A DNA stretch of 64,000 nucleotides from Bacteroidia bacterium (lineage in GTDB: Bacteria; Bacteroidota; Bacteroidia; UKL13-3), in assembly GCA_025454975.1 (NCBI GenBank), contig JALONK010000013.1:994-64993 (forward strand). The letters run 5' to 3'. Shown here piece by piece: positions 39,118 to 49,109 of this stretch. Within the stretch, counting starts at the first letter, position 1, and each line of letters starts with the position of its first letter. The position numbers and the translations under genes are program-made. Under the pieces are notes generated by a model. The model did not search any database and had not been told where the DNA came from. It was given only the letters and a program-made list of their open reading frames with translations.

Positions 39118-41154
39118 ATGATTCAAACGTTTTGGCACCGAATCCCTATTGTACGTATTTTAGTTGTATTTGTTCTTGGAATTTGGATTTCTTTTTTTAC
39201 AACTGTTTATCCTCTTTTATGTTGGATTTTAATCTTTGTTTTTCTATCGGCTCATTTATTTCTGGTTGTAAATCTGCAACAATTTTCGAAGCGATGGATG
39301 CAAGGCTTCAGCCTACTGGCGGTTTTTTTTGTGATGGGCACATTGATCAGGCATTACCAGAACCCGATGCAACGACGCACACATTTTGCACAAGTATCAA
39401 CTGCAGATTGGTTAGTGGTTAGGCTGATAGAAATGCCCGTTAAAAAAAAGACATTTCATTCGAGTAAAGCAGAGGTTATTGCTGTAGTTGAAAAAAACAG
39501 GTCATGCATACAAACGCAAGGATTTGTTATGGTTAATATAAAGCTTGATAGTTTTATTCAACCTCCCTTTTATGGAGATATCATTCTTGTTTCTTCTCAA
39601 AACCTATCAACAATAAAACCGCCTGCTAATCCCGGTGAATTTAACTATAAATCTTATCTGGCTCTTCAGCATATTTATCATCAATTATTTGTAACCAATC
39701 ATAATACTTTGTTTACCGGCGTCAATAAAAGTAACAACGTTTATGCACTTGTTTATCAAATTCAAAACAGATTTAAGGAAGTACTACACAAGTATATAAA
39801 AGAGGAAAATGAAGTTGGTGTTGCTCAGGCATTATTATATGGTTTTGACGATGCCATAAACGAAGAAACTATTGCCGCGTATGCAAACACAGGCACATTA
39901 CATGTACTTGCTGTTTCAGGAATGCATGTGGGCATCATCTACTATTTAATTAATGTTATGTTGGTGTTTATGGATAGAAGTAAAAGATTAAAGCAAGTAA
40001 AGCAACTGATAATATTGCTAGTGATCTGGGGCTATTCTGTTTTGTGTGGATTATCACCAAGTATATTACGAGCAACAGTCATGTTTTCGTTTGTAATAGT
40101 GGCAGGGTTAATTCAACGCAGAAGTAATGTTTACAATACACTCGCCGCATCTTGTTTAACGCTTATTTGTGTTAACGCAAATATGCTTGCAAACGTTGGC
40201 TTTCAGCTAAGTTATCTTGCTGTTTTAGGAATTGTATTTATTCAGCCTTTATTATATAAATGGTACGTTCCTAGGTTTTGGATTGTTGATCAAATTTGGA
40301 AAATAACATCAGTTTCTATTGCAGCCCAATTAACTACAAGTCCGATTGGTATTTTATATTTTAAACAATTTCCTAATTGTTTTTTGCTTTCTAATCTTTT
40401 AATAATTCCATTAACTACCATTATTCTTTATGGTTGTATGTTGCTGCTTTGTTTGTCGTTTATACCTTTGATAGCCGAATTTTCAGGGATTATATTATGT
40501 AGGCTAATTTCATTTACTAACCAGTTGGCCATGTGGATAGAAGAGTTACCAAATGCTTATGTAAACGGAATTTATATAGTGCCGCTACAAAGCATAGCTT
40601 TATATTTGGTCTTGTTCGGAATATGTTGGTATTTAATCTATAAACAATCGGCCTTTTTGCTTCAGGCAAGCTTGGGTTTATTGCTTTTTTTGTGTATTAA
40701 AGGTATTAAAGATATACAGCAAAGTTTGCTAACACAAGCCTGGGTTTATGCGATTCCAGGTGAAACCACAATTCAGTTTTTCTACGGTAAAAGAAGTGTT
40801 TTGTTTCTAAGTCATGAATTATATAATAATAAAAGTAAGTTTCGATATTATTTGCAACAACATATTTGGGAAAACCAAGTTGAACAAACCGATACTTTTT
40901 GGCTTTCTGGTAACTATTGCTATCAAATAAATGGAGTTTTAATTACGAATATAAAAAACTGTTCAATTCCTGAACAAATACAATATGTGGTTTCAAGCCA
41001 TGTGCAACCTAAGTCTAATAAATCCAAAGCAAAGTTAATTTATACAGCAAAACCGATTAAACCGAAACCCTATCAATTAAAACAAGACCAACGGGATACA
41101 AATAATATATATTGGAATGTAATGAAATCAGGGGCAATTCAGTTATCATTGTAG
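39118..41154 (+). CDS. comEC: ComEC/Rec2-family DNA internalisation competence protein (no C-terminal metallo-beta-lactamase domain apparent)
   Basis: 678 aa. Multi-TM; Competence-domain motif LHVLAVSGMHVG. Confidence 0.75.
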   Translation: MIQTFWHRIPIVRILVVFVLGIWISFFTTVYPLLCWILIFVFLSAHLFLVVNLQQFSKRWMQGFSLLAVFFVMGTLIRHYQNPMQRRTHFAQVSTADWLVVRLIEMPVKKKTFHSSKAEVIAVVEKNRSCIQTQGFVMVNIKLDSFIQPPFYGDIILVSSQNLSTIKPPANPGEFNYKSYLALQHIYHQLFVTNHNTLFTGVNKSNNVYALVYQIQNRFKEVLHKYIKEENEVGVAQALLYGFDDAINEETIAAYANTGTLHVLAVSGMHVGIIYYLINVMLVFMDRSKRLKQVKQLIILLVIWGYSVLCGLSPSILRATVMFSFVIVAGLIQRRSNVYNTLAASCLTLICVNANMLANVGFQLSYLAVLGIVFIQPLLYKWYVPRFWIVDQIWKITSVSIAAQLTTSPIGILYFKQFPNCFLLSNLLIIPLTTIILYGCMLLLCLSFIPLIAEFSGIILCRLISFTNQLAMWIEELPNAYVNGIYIVPLQSIALYLVLFGICWYLIYKQSAFLLQASLGLLLFLCIKGIKDIQQSLLTQAWVYAIPGETTIQFFYGKRSVLFLSHELYNNKSKFRYYLQQHIWENQVEQTDTFWLSGNYCYQINGVLITNIKNCSIPEQIQYVVSSHVQPKSNKSKAKLIYTAKPIKPKPYQLKQDQRDTNNIYWNVMKSGAIQLSL

Positions 41155-41155
41155 T

Positions 41156-41932
41156 ATGTCAGCATTGGTTATTTATGAAACCTTAAATCGTGTAGGATAC
41201 ATTACACTTAATCGTCCTGAAAAAAGAAATGCATTAAGTTATGAAATGGTATCCGCCATTAAATCTGTTTTTAAACAAGCAGAGGAGGACGACGAAGCAA
41301 AAGTTATAGTAATTAAAGCAAATGGCGAAGCTTTTTGCGCAGGTGCTGATTTGGCCTATTTACAACAACTACAAAAGAACACTTTCGACGAAAACTTGGC
41401 CGATTCAACTCATTTAATGGAGTTGTTTACGATGATATACAAAAGCAAAAAAGTCGTTATCTCACAAATTAATGGTCCGGCCCTTGCAGGTGGATGTGGT
41501 TTAGCAACCGTGTGCGACTTTTGTTTTGCGACACCAAAAAGTACTTTTGGTTATACTGAAGTTAAAATTGGCTTTGTGCCTGCAATAGTAATGGTGTTTT
41601 TACTTAGAAAGTTGGGTGAAAAAACAGCCAGAGAGTTGTTGCTAACCGGCTCGGTATTTACAGCGGAACAAGCAATAAGGTATAACCTGATTACAGAAAT
41701 TGTTGAGGAAAATTTGCTGGAAGAACGGGTAAATAAATTTGCTACAACAATTTGCTTAACAGCTTCGGCACAATCGCTCGCAACTGTTAAACAGATGATA
41801 GCAGACATACAGCACTTAGCGATAGATGACGCGTTGTTGTATGCTGCAAAAACAAATGCAACAGCACGAGCAACCGATGATTGTAAAAAGGGCATCGCTG
41901 CATTTTTAAATAAAGAAAAACTAACTTGGTAA
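41156..41932 (+). CDS. Enoyl-CoA hydratase/isomerase (crotonase) family protein
   Basis: 258 aa. AFCAGADL oxyanion-hole motif. Confidence 0.8.
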   Translation: MSALVIYETLNRVGYITLNRPEKRNALSYEMVSAIKSVFKQAEEDDEAKVIVIKANGEAFCAGADLAYLQQLQKNTFDENLADSTHLMELFTMIYKSKKVVISQINGPALAGGCGLATVCDFCFATPKSTFGYTEVKIGFVPAIVMVFLLRKLGEKTARELLLTGSVFTAEQAIRYNLITEIVEENLLEERVNKFATTICLTASAQSLATVKQMIADIQHLAIDDALLYAAKTNATARATDDCKKGIAAFLNKEKLTW

Positions 41933-42633
41933 AAATTATATTCATGAAAAAAACATCTTCAATTTTATTTCTGCTTATTGCATGTATATGCTTTTCTTTC
42001 ACAACAAATAAAAAGCTTACACAAGGAAAAGTTGAGTTTTCCGTTAGCTTCGACAACCTAACTCCTGAAATGAAAGAAATAGAATCGTTGCTACCTAAAA
42101 CGATGTCTATATTCTTTAAAGGAAAACATATGCGCACAGAAATGCCAACCTCAATGGGCAATACTATTACCATAAATGATGATGAGAAAAAGGAATGGTA
42201 TTTATTGATGGATATGATGGGACAAAAGTTCGCAATAAAAAGAACAGACGAGGAGATGAAAAAGGACACAACCAAAATTGTTACTAATTTAAAAGTAACT
42301 TATCCTAAAGAAACCAAGGTTATAGCAGGATATACTTGTCAAAAAGCCATTATTAGTTATGAATCAGATGGTAAAAAGGAATCGGTTGAATGTTTCTTTA
42401 CACGTCAGTTGCCTGTGTTAGGCTTTATGAATGCCGGTCCGGGTTACGATAAGGTAGAAGGGTTTTTAATGGAGTATAAAATGACCACTCAGGGGTTAAC
42501 GCTAAACCTTTTTGCAACAAAAGTGTCTGAACAAAATATTTCAGACGACTTATTTAAAGTGCCCGGCGACTTTAAACTGCTTTCTGATGAAGAATTAATG
42601 AAAATGCAGAATAATGTACCTGCCGATCGTTAA
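41926..42633 (+). CDS. Hypothetical secreted/lipoprotein
   Basis: 235 aa. Signal peptide from MKKTSSILFLLIACICFS (probable start 41944). Confidence 0.45.
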   Translation: MVKIIFMKKTSSILFLLIACICFSFTTNKKLTQGKVEFSVSFDNLTPEMKEIESLLPKTMSIFFKGKHMRTEMPTSMGNTITINDDEKKEWYLLMDMMGQKFAIKRTDEEMKKDTTKIVTNLKVTYPKETKVIAGYTCQKAIISYESDGKKESVECFFTRQLPVLGFMNAGPGYDKVEGFLMEYKMTTQGLTLNLFATKVSEQNISDDLFKVPGDFKLLSDEELMKMQNNVPADR

Positions 42634-42635
42634 AA

Positions 42636-43547
42636 TTAGTTAAGTACTTCGCCTTTAGTGAAACTAATACTGTCCACTAATGTTATAAAATCTTCCATTC
42701 GCTTTATTAATCGAGCGTTTTCGGGAAGTTTATAACTGCCACTTAAGAATTGTATTCCTGCCAATAAAACTTGAGACTCAGGCCAAGTTTCAGCGATTGC
42801 TTTTATAAACTCTTGTTTATCAATATTTATATGTGCAGAGGTTAATAAAGTTAAAATATAATCCGGTGTGTGATTCGAAAATGCACTTCGTAGGTCCTCT
42901 AATGGAACCTCTTGGCCTAAATATAAAACATCATGGCCCCTACTTCTTAGTATAAAATTTGCAAATAACAATCCTATCGAATGTTGTTCATTTTCGGGAA
43001 GAAATAATAAGAAGCGTTTGCGGTTTTCAGCATAACGCCCAACATTGCCGTCAATGGCAACATAAAGTTTTTGTTTTATAATATTTGATGCAAAATGTTC
43101 ATGTGAAGGATGTATCGAACCAATTTGCCACAAAATCCCAACCTCAATTAAAAATGGAAAAACAATTCTAACCATTGTAGTTTCAAGTCCTAATTGAATG
43201 ATGTTGGTAGTTAAGGTTTTGTGAAATCCATATTCATCAAACGATAACATACAAGAAAGCAAACTTTTTACCTGCCCGTCATAATTATTTGTACTATGGC
43301 CGGTAAGCTTAAGTATAGTTTCAGTAATTTGCTCTTTTGTCATTTTGGCTATTTCAGAAATTTTGTAGCCATGCCTGTTAAGAATACTGATGTTAAGAAT
43401 TAACTTTAAATCATCATCATCATAATAACGAATGTTAGAATCCGTTCGTTTTGGCGATACAATACCATATCTCTGCTCCCATATGCGAAGCGTATGACTT
43501 TTTATTCCTGAGACTGCCTCAATGTCTTTGATTGAAAAAGTTCCCAA
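42636..43547 (-). CDS. MerR-family transcriptional regulator with C-terminal cobalamin-binding domain (CarH/LitR-like photoreceptor-type)
   Basis: 303 aa. MerR HTH (FSIKDIEAVSGIKSHTLRIWEQRYGIV); B12-binding motif E-Q-H-S-I-G...G..VLYLG. Confidence 0.7.
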   Translation of the reverse strand: MGTFSIKDIEAVSGIKSHTLRIWEQRYGIVSPKRTDSNIRYYDDDDLKLILNISILNRHGYKISEIAKMTKEQITETILKLTGHSTNNYDGQVKSLLSCMLSFDEYGFHKTLTTNIIQLGLETTMVRIVFPFLIEVGILWQIGSIHPSHEHFASNIIKQKLYVAIDGNVGRYAENRKRFLLFLPENEQHSIGLLFANFILRSRGHDVLYLGQEVPLEDLRSAFSNHTPDYILTLLTSAHINIDKQEFIKAIAETWPESQVLLAGIQFLSGSYKLPENARLIKRMEDFITLVDSISFTKGEVLN

Positions 43548-43624
43548 ATTTTGTTACCTCCTTTTTTGTTTAAAAACAAACATAAAAAGTTTAACGAATG
43601 TTTTAATATACAAATAATACTTAA

Positions 43625-44530
43625 TTGAATATGAACGTAGTTATAACAGGAGGATCGGGATTAGTGGGCAAATACCTCACCGAGATGCTAATAAAATCGG
43701 GATATAATGTAGCTTGGCTATCCAGAACACGGGGAGATAAAAATAAGATTAAAACTTTCATTTGGAATGTTCGTCAAAATCAGATTGATGATGAGGTTTT
43801 TAATTTTGCAGATGTAATAATTCATTTGGCAGGTGCAGGTGTCGCTGATAAGCGTTGGACTACCGAATACAAGGACGAAATTTACAAGAGCAGAATTGAC
43901 TCAACAGCTTTGTTGGTCAATCACTTAAATACAAAGCCACACCATGTTAAAGTTTTTTTATCGGCATCAGCCATTGGGTTTTATGGATATAATACGCCAT
44001 TAAACACCACCGAGACGCAACCAACGGGGGAAGGATTTTTAGCAAAAGTGTGTAAGGATTGGGAAGCTCAAATTAATTCTTTAAGGGGCATAAGAACTGC
44101 AATTGTTAGGGTTGGTGTGGTTTTAGCTAAAGAAGGAGGATTTATTCCCGAAGTATCAACTCCAATTAAAAACTTTATCGGAGCACCATTAGCTTCAGGC
44201 AAACAGTATGTAAGTTGGATACATATTACTGATTTGTGTAGGATGTTTATTCATATTTTGGGAAACGAGAAACTTTCAGGTGTTTTCAATGGCGTTGCTC
44301 CTAACCCTGTTACTAATGCCGAGCTTACACAAACATTGGCTAATGCCTTGCACAAACCGCTTTTTTTACCTCCGGTGCCAAAATTTGTGCTACGGATTTT
44401 ATTTGGGGAAATGTCTGAAATGCTCAGTGCTAATCAACATATTATTCCGGCTAATGCCGTTTCTGATGGGTTCAACTTTAACTACATGCAAGCAGAGGAC
44501 GCAGTTAATCAAATTGTTAGTAAGAAGTAA
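43625..44530 (+). CDS. TIGR01777/YfcH-family NAD-dependent epimerase/dehydratase-fold protein
   Basis: 301 aa. Rossmann VITGGSGLVGKYL; C-terminal DUF1731-like region. Confidence 0.65.
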   Translation: MNMNVVITGGSGLVGKYLTEMLIKSGYNVAWLSRTRGDKNKIKTFIWNVRQNQIDDEVFNFADVIIHLAGAGVADKRWTTEYKDEIYKSRIDSTALLVNHLNTKPHHVKVFLSASAIGFYGYNTPLNTTETQPTGEGFLAKVCKDWEAQINSLRGIRTAIVRVGVVLAKEGGFIPEVSTPIKNFIGAPLASGKQYVSWIHITDLCRMFIHILGNEKLSGVFNGVAPNPVTNAELTQTLANALHKPLFLPPVPKFVLRILFGEMSEMLSANQHIIPANAVSDGFNFNYMQAEDAVNQIVSKK

Positions 44531-44533
44531 TAA

Positions 44534-45160
44534 TTATAAAATTGCCTTCAGCGCCATTAATGCATCAGGATGAATTTCATGCTTTCCATTAAATGTAATG
44601 GTTTTTGCTTTAAGCTTTTCCATTAAGTTAAACATGGCTAGCTGCTTTTCTTTTGTAATCAAAGGGTCGTTTAGTCCGGTGATGTAAATAATCGGAAGGC
44701 CGAAACTCTGTTCGTTAGGGCTTTCGATAAGTTCTTTGGCTATTTCTCCTGCATATGCAACAAATAAGGCCGGTTTTCTTTTGGTATAATTTATCCATCT
44801 TGAAGCTGTGGCAACCCCCTGTGAAAACGCAAGAACATAAATTGGAATATGTTCAGGTAGTAATAACGTTATTTGGTCGATAAAAGCGGTATAGTCTTTA
44901 ATTTCATCCATCCTGTCTTCACTGGTCATCCAAGATGCCGCCGGGTTACCACCCAACCCTTTTGCATAAAAGCGCGATAAGCCTTCGGGTGCAATAAAAT
45001 ATCGGTGAGGAGCATAAAGCTCTGAAAGAGAGTTAAGGAAGCTTGAAGCCAATTGAGCATAACCATGTATGCATAACCAAACCTCCGTGGTTTCATTATT
45101 AAGTACTCCTTCAGTAAAATAACGTGCTGTTTTGGTGATGTTAATGTGGTGCTTTTGCAT
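44534..45160 (-). CDS. Alpha/beta-hydrolase (phospholipase/carboxylesterase family)
   Basis: 208 aa. Nucleophile elbow AFSQG. Confidence 0.55.
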   Translation of the reverse strand: MQKHHINITKTARYFTEGVLNNETTEVWLCIHGYAQLASSFLNSLSELYAPHRYFIAPEGLSRFYAKGLGGNPAASWMTSEDRMDEIKDYTAFIDQITLLLPEHIPIYVLAFSQGVATASRWINYTKRKPALFVAYAGEIAKELIESPNEQSFGLPIIYITGLNDPLITKEKQLAMFNLMEKLKAKTITFNGKHEIHPDALMALKAIL

Positions 45161-45169
45161 GAAATGTAT

Positions 45170-45508
45170 TTAAAAAAATTGCCACCATTTTTTCTTTAAT
45201 CCTATATAAACACCATCAGTCCGAACCTCCACCGGGTATGTTTCGATATAATCACCTTGTTTGCCCCTTCCAGTTACTAAATTGTATTTATAACGATGAA
45301 CCGGACAAACTAAATCTTCGTTCTCGCACCAACCGCTACTAAGTATGGCTCCGGCGTGAGGGCAACGATTGTCAACGGCATAATAACCGGTTTGGGTGTG
45401 AGCTAAACAAATTTTTTTGTCTTCAATTACAATTGTTCGTAATGAGTTAACCTCTTGAGGCACTTGCCCGTGTTTCGAAAAGTCGTAAACCTTATAAAAC
45501 CTAACCAT
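45170..45508 (-). CDS. Rieske [2Fe-2S] domain protein
   Basis: 112 aa. CPH...CPVH motifs. Confidence 0.8.
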   Translation of the reverse strand: MVRFYKVYDFSKHGQVPQEVNSLRTIVIEDKKICLAHTQTGYYAVDNRCPHAGAILSSGWCENEDLVCPVHRYKYNLVTGRGKQGDYIETYPVEVRTDGVYIGLKKKWWQFF

Positions 45509-45527
45509 AGGCAGGCAATATAATTAA

Positions 45528-48446
45528 TTATTTAGTCGGCTGCCCGAATACTTTACGATTTACTTTACGTGTTTTTTCAATAATTTGAAATTGAATCACA
45601 AGACCATCCGTGTCTTTAGTTACTTCAACTTTGTAGTCATTCCTGGTTAACATAAACTTTTCACCAAGAACTTGTTCGTCAAACGCAATTGTATAAGTGC
45701 CAAATGGTAAGTATAACTCAAACGAGCCATCTAATGATGTTAAGGTTTCATAAACTTTACCCTCACCTTTTGCTGTTATTTTTATTAATGATAAATCAAA
45801 AGGGTCATTTGCATCATAGTTTACTTGGTCTCTACGAATACCAACCTTTCCTTTTATTTTCACACTTTTAACAAAAGGGATATAATTGATTTTGTTACCG
45901 GCTAAGATCAAACTATCTTTAACGTTAGCAAACCATCCATCTACTTGGTCAAGCGCAAGTATAACAACTCGTTGCGGTCCGTTAGGCGCACCTGTTAACA
46001 ATGCCTCACCTTCTTCATTTGTTAACAATTCGTTTTCTCCAATCCTGATAACTACGTTTTCAAATGGCTTTTCGTTTTTATCCATGATTCCATTCCCATT
46101 AATATCAAAAAAGGCAACAAACTGTGCATTAGAATAAGTTTGTTTTTTTAATGGTATTGGTGCGTTAAATTCCTTGCGTATTCCTAAATTGATAAACATA
46201 CCTTGTGTTGTCATTCGTGGTGTTTCGTCGCTAACAAAAGCATTGCTATAGGCATTAGCTAAAGCAACCCCCGATTGAAGATTGTAGTTTATCCCAAACC
46301 TAAAACGCCAAGCGTTAGGGGTAAAATATAAAATTTCGGGAAATAAATTAATGGTATGGCGCTTAAACTGATTTCCATAAAAGTAGCTCATTCCATTTTG
46401 TAAAATAAAGCGAGGGTTAGCAAATACGTATTGGTGCGAGAAATTTGCATTTATGGTTTGTTGAACAACACCATTAATTGATAAGGCTGGAATGGCACCA
46501 ACTGCTCCAATGTTATATCTAACGTTTGATGTAAAGGTTTTATAAAACAAAATACTGTTAAATAATAAATATGGTTGGTTGGCTCTTTCAACACCTAATA
46601 AAGTTGGAGTGGCAACACCTGCTTCTATATTACTCGAAAAACGGAAAAAGGTTTTGGGGTTAAATGTGGTATAGTTAAAGTTTGCGCCTTTAATATCGTT
46701 GCTGCCATTAGCAAAAATGAAACGATTATATAGGCCCGCAAATTGAACACTTTGCACCTTGTTAGTTCTAACAAAAGCCAACATGTTATTATAAGCAATT
46801 ACTTCTGCTACAAATGGAAATGAAGTTTTTGTGTAATCATAATTGTTTACCATTGTTATATTCCATTGTTGGTTTATTACGAACTGTGTGCGATGATTAT
46901 AAAAGGTGCGAAGTGTTTTAAGGTTAGAATAATTAGGAGAGCTACTTCCAAAAGTGTGGTTCATGTTTATTTTGTTCTTAAAGAATGAACCTCCATAGTT
47001 TACCAAGTAAAAAAAACCTTGTAGACTTGCGCCTGAACTTCTTCTTTCATTCCAGTTGTTTGAAACATTAAACGAAATGGTTTGGGTTTTAAGAAAGTTA
47101 ATTCCACTTCTCAAGTTTAGTGAACGGGTATAAAAGCCGGTTGCTTCATTGTCTGCTTCAGCATACTCAATTAAAACCCTATTGTTACGTAAATACGCAA
47201 ACTGGTATGACACACCTTTTGCCGTTAAAAAGTTTTTCATACGTTGGTTGCTGTTAGTCACATAAAAGCCACCAATTGTATGTTTGCGTGTAAGATTGTA
47301 AGCAGCTTTTACTCCACGACCAAATGTTTGAACCCCCATCACTCCGCCGTTTACAAACCCGGCTTGTACATTTCCTCTTTCATGAAAATATGCTAAATAA
47401 TAATTTGTATTATCTATGGCTTCTCCTAATCTGTCAGTGGTTGCGTTCGACTGCACATTAAATATTAGTTGAGCGCGATTGCTAACTTGTCCATTACCTC
47501 TGATATTTAAACCGGTGAAAGAAACGTTGTCGAGTAAGTTACTTACATTAAAGTCAACAATTACCGGAATGTGCGAGTAAGTTTGATTAGAATAGCTGCT
47601 TTTATCACTTAGTTTTTTAATAATGATACGTTGGTTATTACTAAAGGCATTTCCTTGACCTAAATTAGGCTCATCAGTAGAGGCAATAATGTTAAATGTT
47701 TTTTCTTCGTTGTTGTTTATTGGTCTATAATTTTCAATATCTGCAATTTGTTGATTTTTTTTAGCTGATGTGTATTTAAAAACGAAGGTTAGGCTGGTAT
47801 CAACCATATGACCTAAGTTAAACAGATACGATTTGTTGGTTGTTAAGTTTCCAAAGCTATCTCTAACTTCAGAGTATAAACTTTTATTTCCAATGGTTAA
47901 ACTTATTGGTTGCTTTTCAGCTCCGGTGTTTAATATATTCAAACGAAAGCGAAGTTCATCGGTTCCGTTTTTAAGGTACAACTTGTTGCCTTCTAAAATT
48001 GTTGTTTTCCAGCTTGTTTTTTTAATGGTAAATGCCCAAAATGTAGCATCAGTTATAAACCTTCCTGATGCATTAAGTACATTTACATTTACCATGTAGC
48101 GACTGCTTCCGCCCATTAGTTCCTGAGGGATTAGTCGCAATGGAATAAATATAGAGTCGAATGCCGGAATTTGATATTCGGCCAATTCAGCTCCAATTTT
48201 TCTCCAACCCTGAGGATAGTCAAAGGTAACTTTAACATCAACAGGTTGGTTTGTTGGATTGCTTATGCAAGCAACATTCGAGAGCATTTCTCCTTGTATA
48301 ATTTCTAATTCATTTTCACGAAAGGTGGCTTGAACATTATTTTGTGCAGCAACATTTAGTGAGCAGAAATAAAGGCATACAAGTATGATATTTAGGGTAA
48401 TTGTTCTCAACTTGTTATTAGTTAGGGTAAAATTAAAGGGACTCAA
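45528..48446 (-). CDS. Large outer-membrane protein, candidate usher-like pore (beta-barrel core plus two C-terminal Ig-like/CarboxypepD_reg-like beta-sandwich domains)
   Basis: 972 aa. Signal peptide; long central region with alternating aromatic/hydrophobic strands; C-terminal prealbumin-like domains. Start overlaps upstream subunit gene by 14 nt. Confidence 0.4.
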   Translation of the reverse strand: MSPFNFTLTNNKLRTITLNIILVCLYFCSLNVAAQNNVQATFRENELEIIQGEMLSNVACISNPTNQPVDVKVTFDYPQGWRKIGAELAEYQIPAFDSIFIPLRLIPQELMGGSSRYMVNVNVLNASGRFITDATFWAFTIKKTSWKTTILEGNKLYLKNGTDELRFRLNILNTGAEKQPISLTIGNKSLYSEVRDSFGNLTTNKSYLFNLGHMVDTSLTFVFKYTSAKKNQQIADIENYRPINNNEEKTFNIIASTDEPNLGQGNAFSNNQRIIIKKLSDKSSYSNQTYSHIPVIVDFNVSNLLDNVSFTGLNIRGNGQVSNRAQLIFNVQSNATTDRLGEAIDNTNYYLAYFHERGNVQAGFVNGGVMGVQTFGRGVKAAYNLTRKHTIGGFYVTNSNQRMKNFLTAKGVSYQFAYLRNNRVLIEYAEADNEATGFYTRSLNLRSGINFLKTQTISFNVSNNWNERRSSGASLQGFFYLVNYGGSFFKNKINMNHTFGSSSPNYSNLKTLRTFYNHRTQFVINQQWNITMVNNYDYTKTSFPFVAEVIAYNNMLAFVRTNKVQSVQFAGLYNRFIFANGSNDIKGANFNYTTFNPKTFFRFSSNIEAGVATPTLLGVERANQPYLLFNSILFYKTFTSNVRYNIGAVGAIPALSINGVVQQTINANFSHQYVFANPRFILQNGMSYFYGNQFKRHTINLFPEILYFTPNAWRFRFGINYNLQSGVALANAYSNAFVSDETPRMTTQGMFINLGIRKEFNAPIPLKKQTYSNAQFVAFFDINGNGIMDKNEKPFENVVIRIGENELLTNEEGEALLTGAPNGPQRVVILALDQVDGWFANVKDSLILAGNKINYIPFVKSVKIKGKVGIRRDQVNYDANDPFDLSLIKITAKGEGKVYETLTSLDGSFELYLPFGTYTIAFDEQVLGEKFMLTRNDYKVEVTKDTDGLVIQFQIIEKTRKVNRKVFGQPTK

Positions 48447-49071
48447 TGAGTACGTATCTTAACCGCAATTGGTAAGTTCCACTTCTGAATCCGGAGCCTG
48501 GCACTAACCTGTAGTCAATGTCGAAATTAAATTCATTGTAATTATTAATGGGATCGCCCGGTCCGTTTACATTTGTTGTACAAGAGCCGGCCGGCGTTGT
48601 AACACCGTTGTTCGAAATAATGAGAATTGGAGTTCCTCCAACTGTCGGCACATTAAAGAACTGATTCCCTGTTAACGAAGTATTACAAGCGTTTCTAATT
48701 CGTAATTGTAACAAATCTATTTCAGGCTTATTTCCCGATGTTGATGCTGAGTAAAGCATTTCCCACTCATTTGGCGGTGTTGATGCTGATCCGTTCTCCA
48801 CATAAATAACCAAGTTCCATCGGCAATCCGGGTTATTATTAATATTGTTTTTTACTGTTACTTTCAGGCGAGTAGCACCGTTTATGGTAAGACCCGACTG
48901 GTATTTCGTGTAGGTATCGAAAGAGAAGTCGAGGTTTGAAGTAGTAGTTAGTGAAAGAGAAACCTCATCGCAAAGTTGCGCTCTTCCGGTTAGGGCGGCT
49001 AGCATCAGCCAAACGAGGGTAAGTTTTTTCACTGTTGATTGATTAGGGTGATGGGTAAAATAAAAAACCAA
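48433..49071 (-). CDS. Small secreted fibre-subunit-like protein (paralogue of the 49110..49961 gene)
   Basis: 212 aa. Signal peptide; N-terminal alternating strand EVSLSLTTT; 4 Cys; C-terminus ...NFDIDYRLVPGSGFRSGTYQLRLRYVLIESL shared with the paralogue. Confidence 0.4.
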   Translation of the reverse strand: MVFYFTHHPNQSTVKKLTLVWLMLAALTGRAQLCDEVSLSLTTTSNLDFSFDTYTKYQSGLTINGATRLKVTVKNNINNNPDCRWNLVIYVENGSASTPPNEWEMLYSASTSGNKPEIDLLQLRIRNACNTSLTGNQFFNVPTVGGTPILIISNNGVTTPAGSCTTNVNGPGDPINNYNEFNFDIDYRLVPGSGFRSGTYQLRLRYVLIESL

Positions 49072-49109
49072 CGAGCTTTAGGGTGAAAGCTCGTTGGTAT
49101 AATTTTTAT

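Noticed and set aside
39132-39422. 96-aa ORF in an alternative frame at the start of comEC
   Set aside because: It lies fully inside the ComEC ORF, whose frame gives coherent TM helices and the Competence motif.
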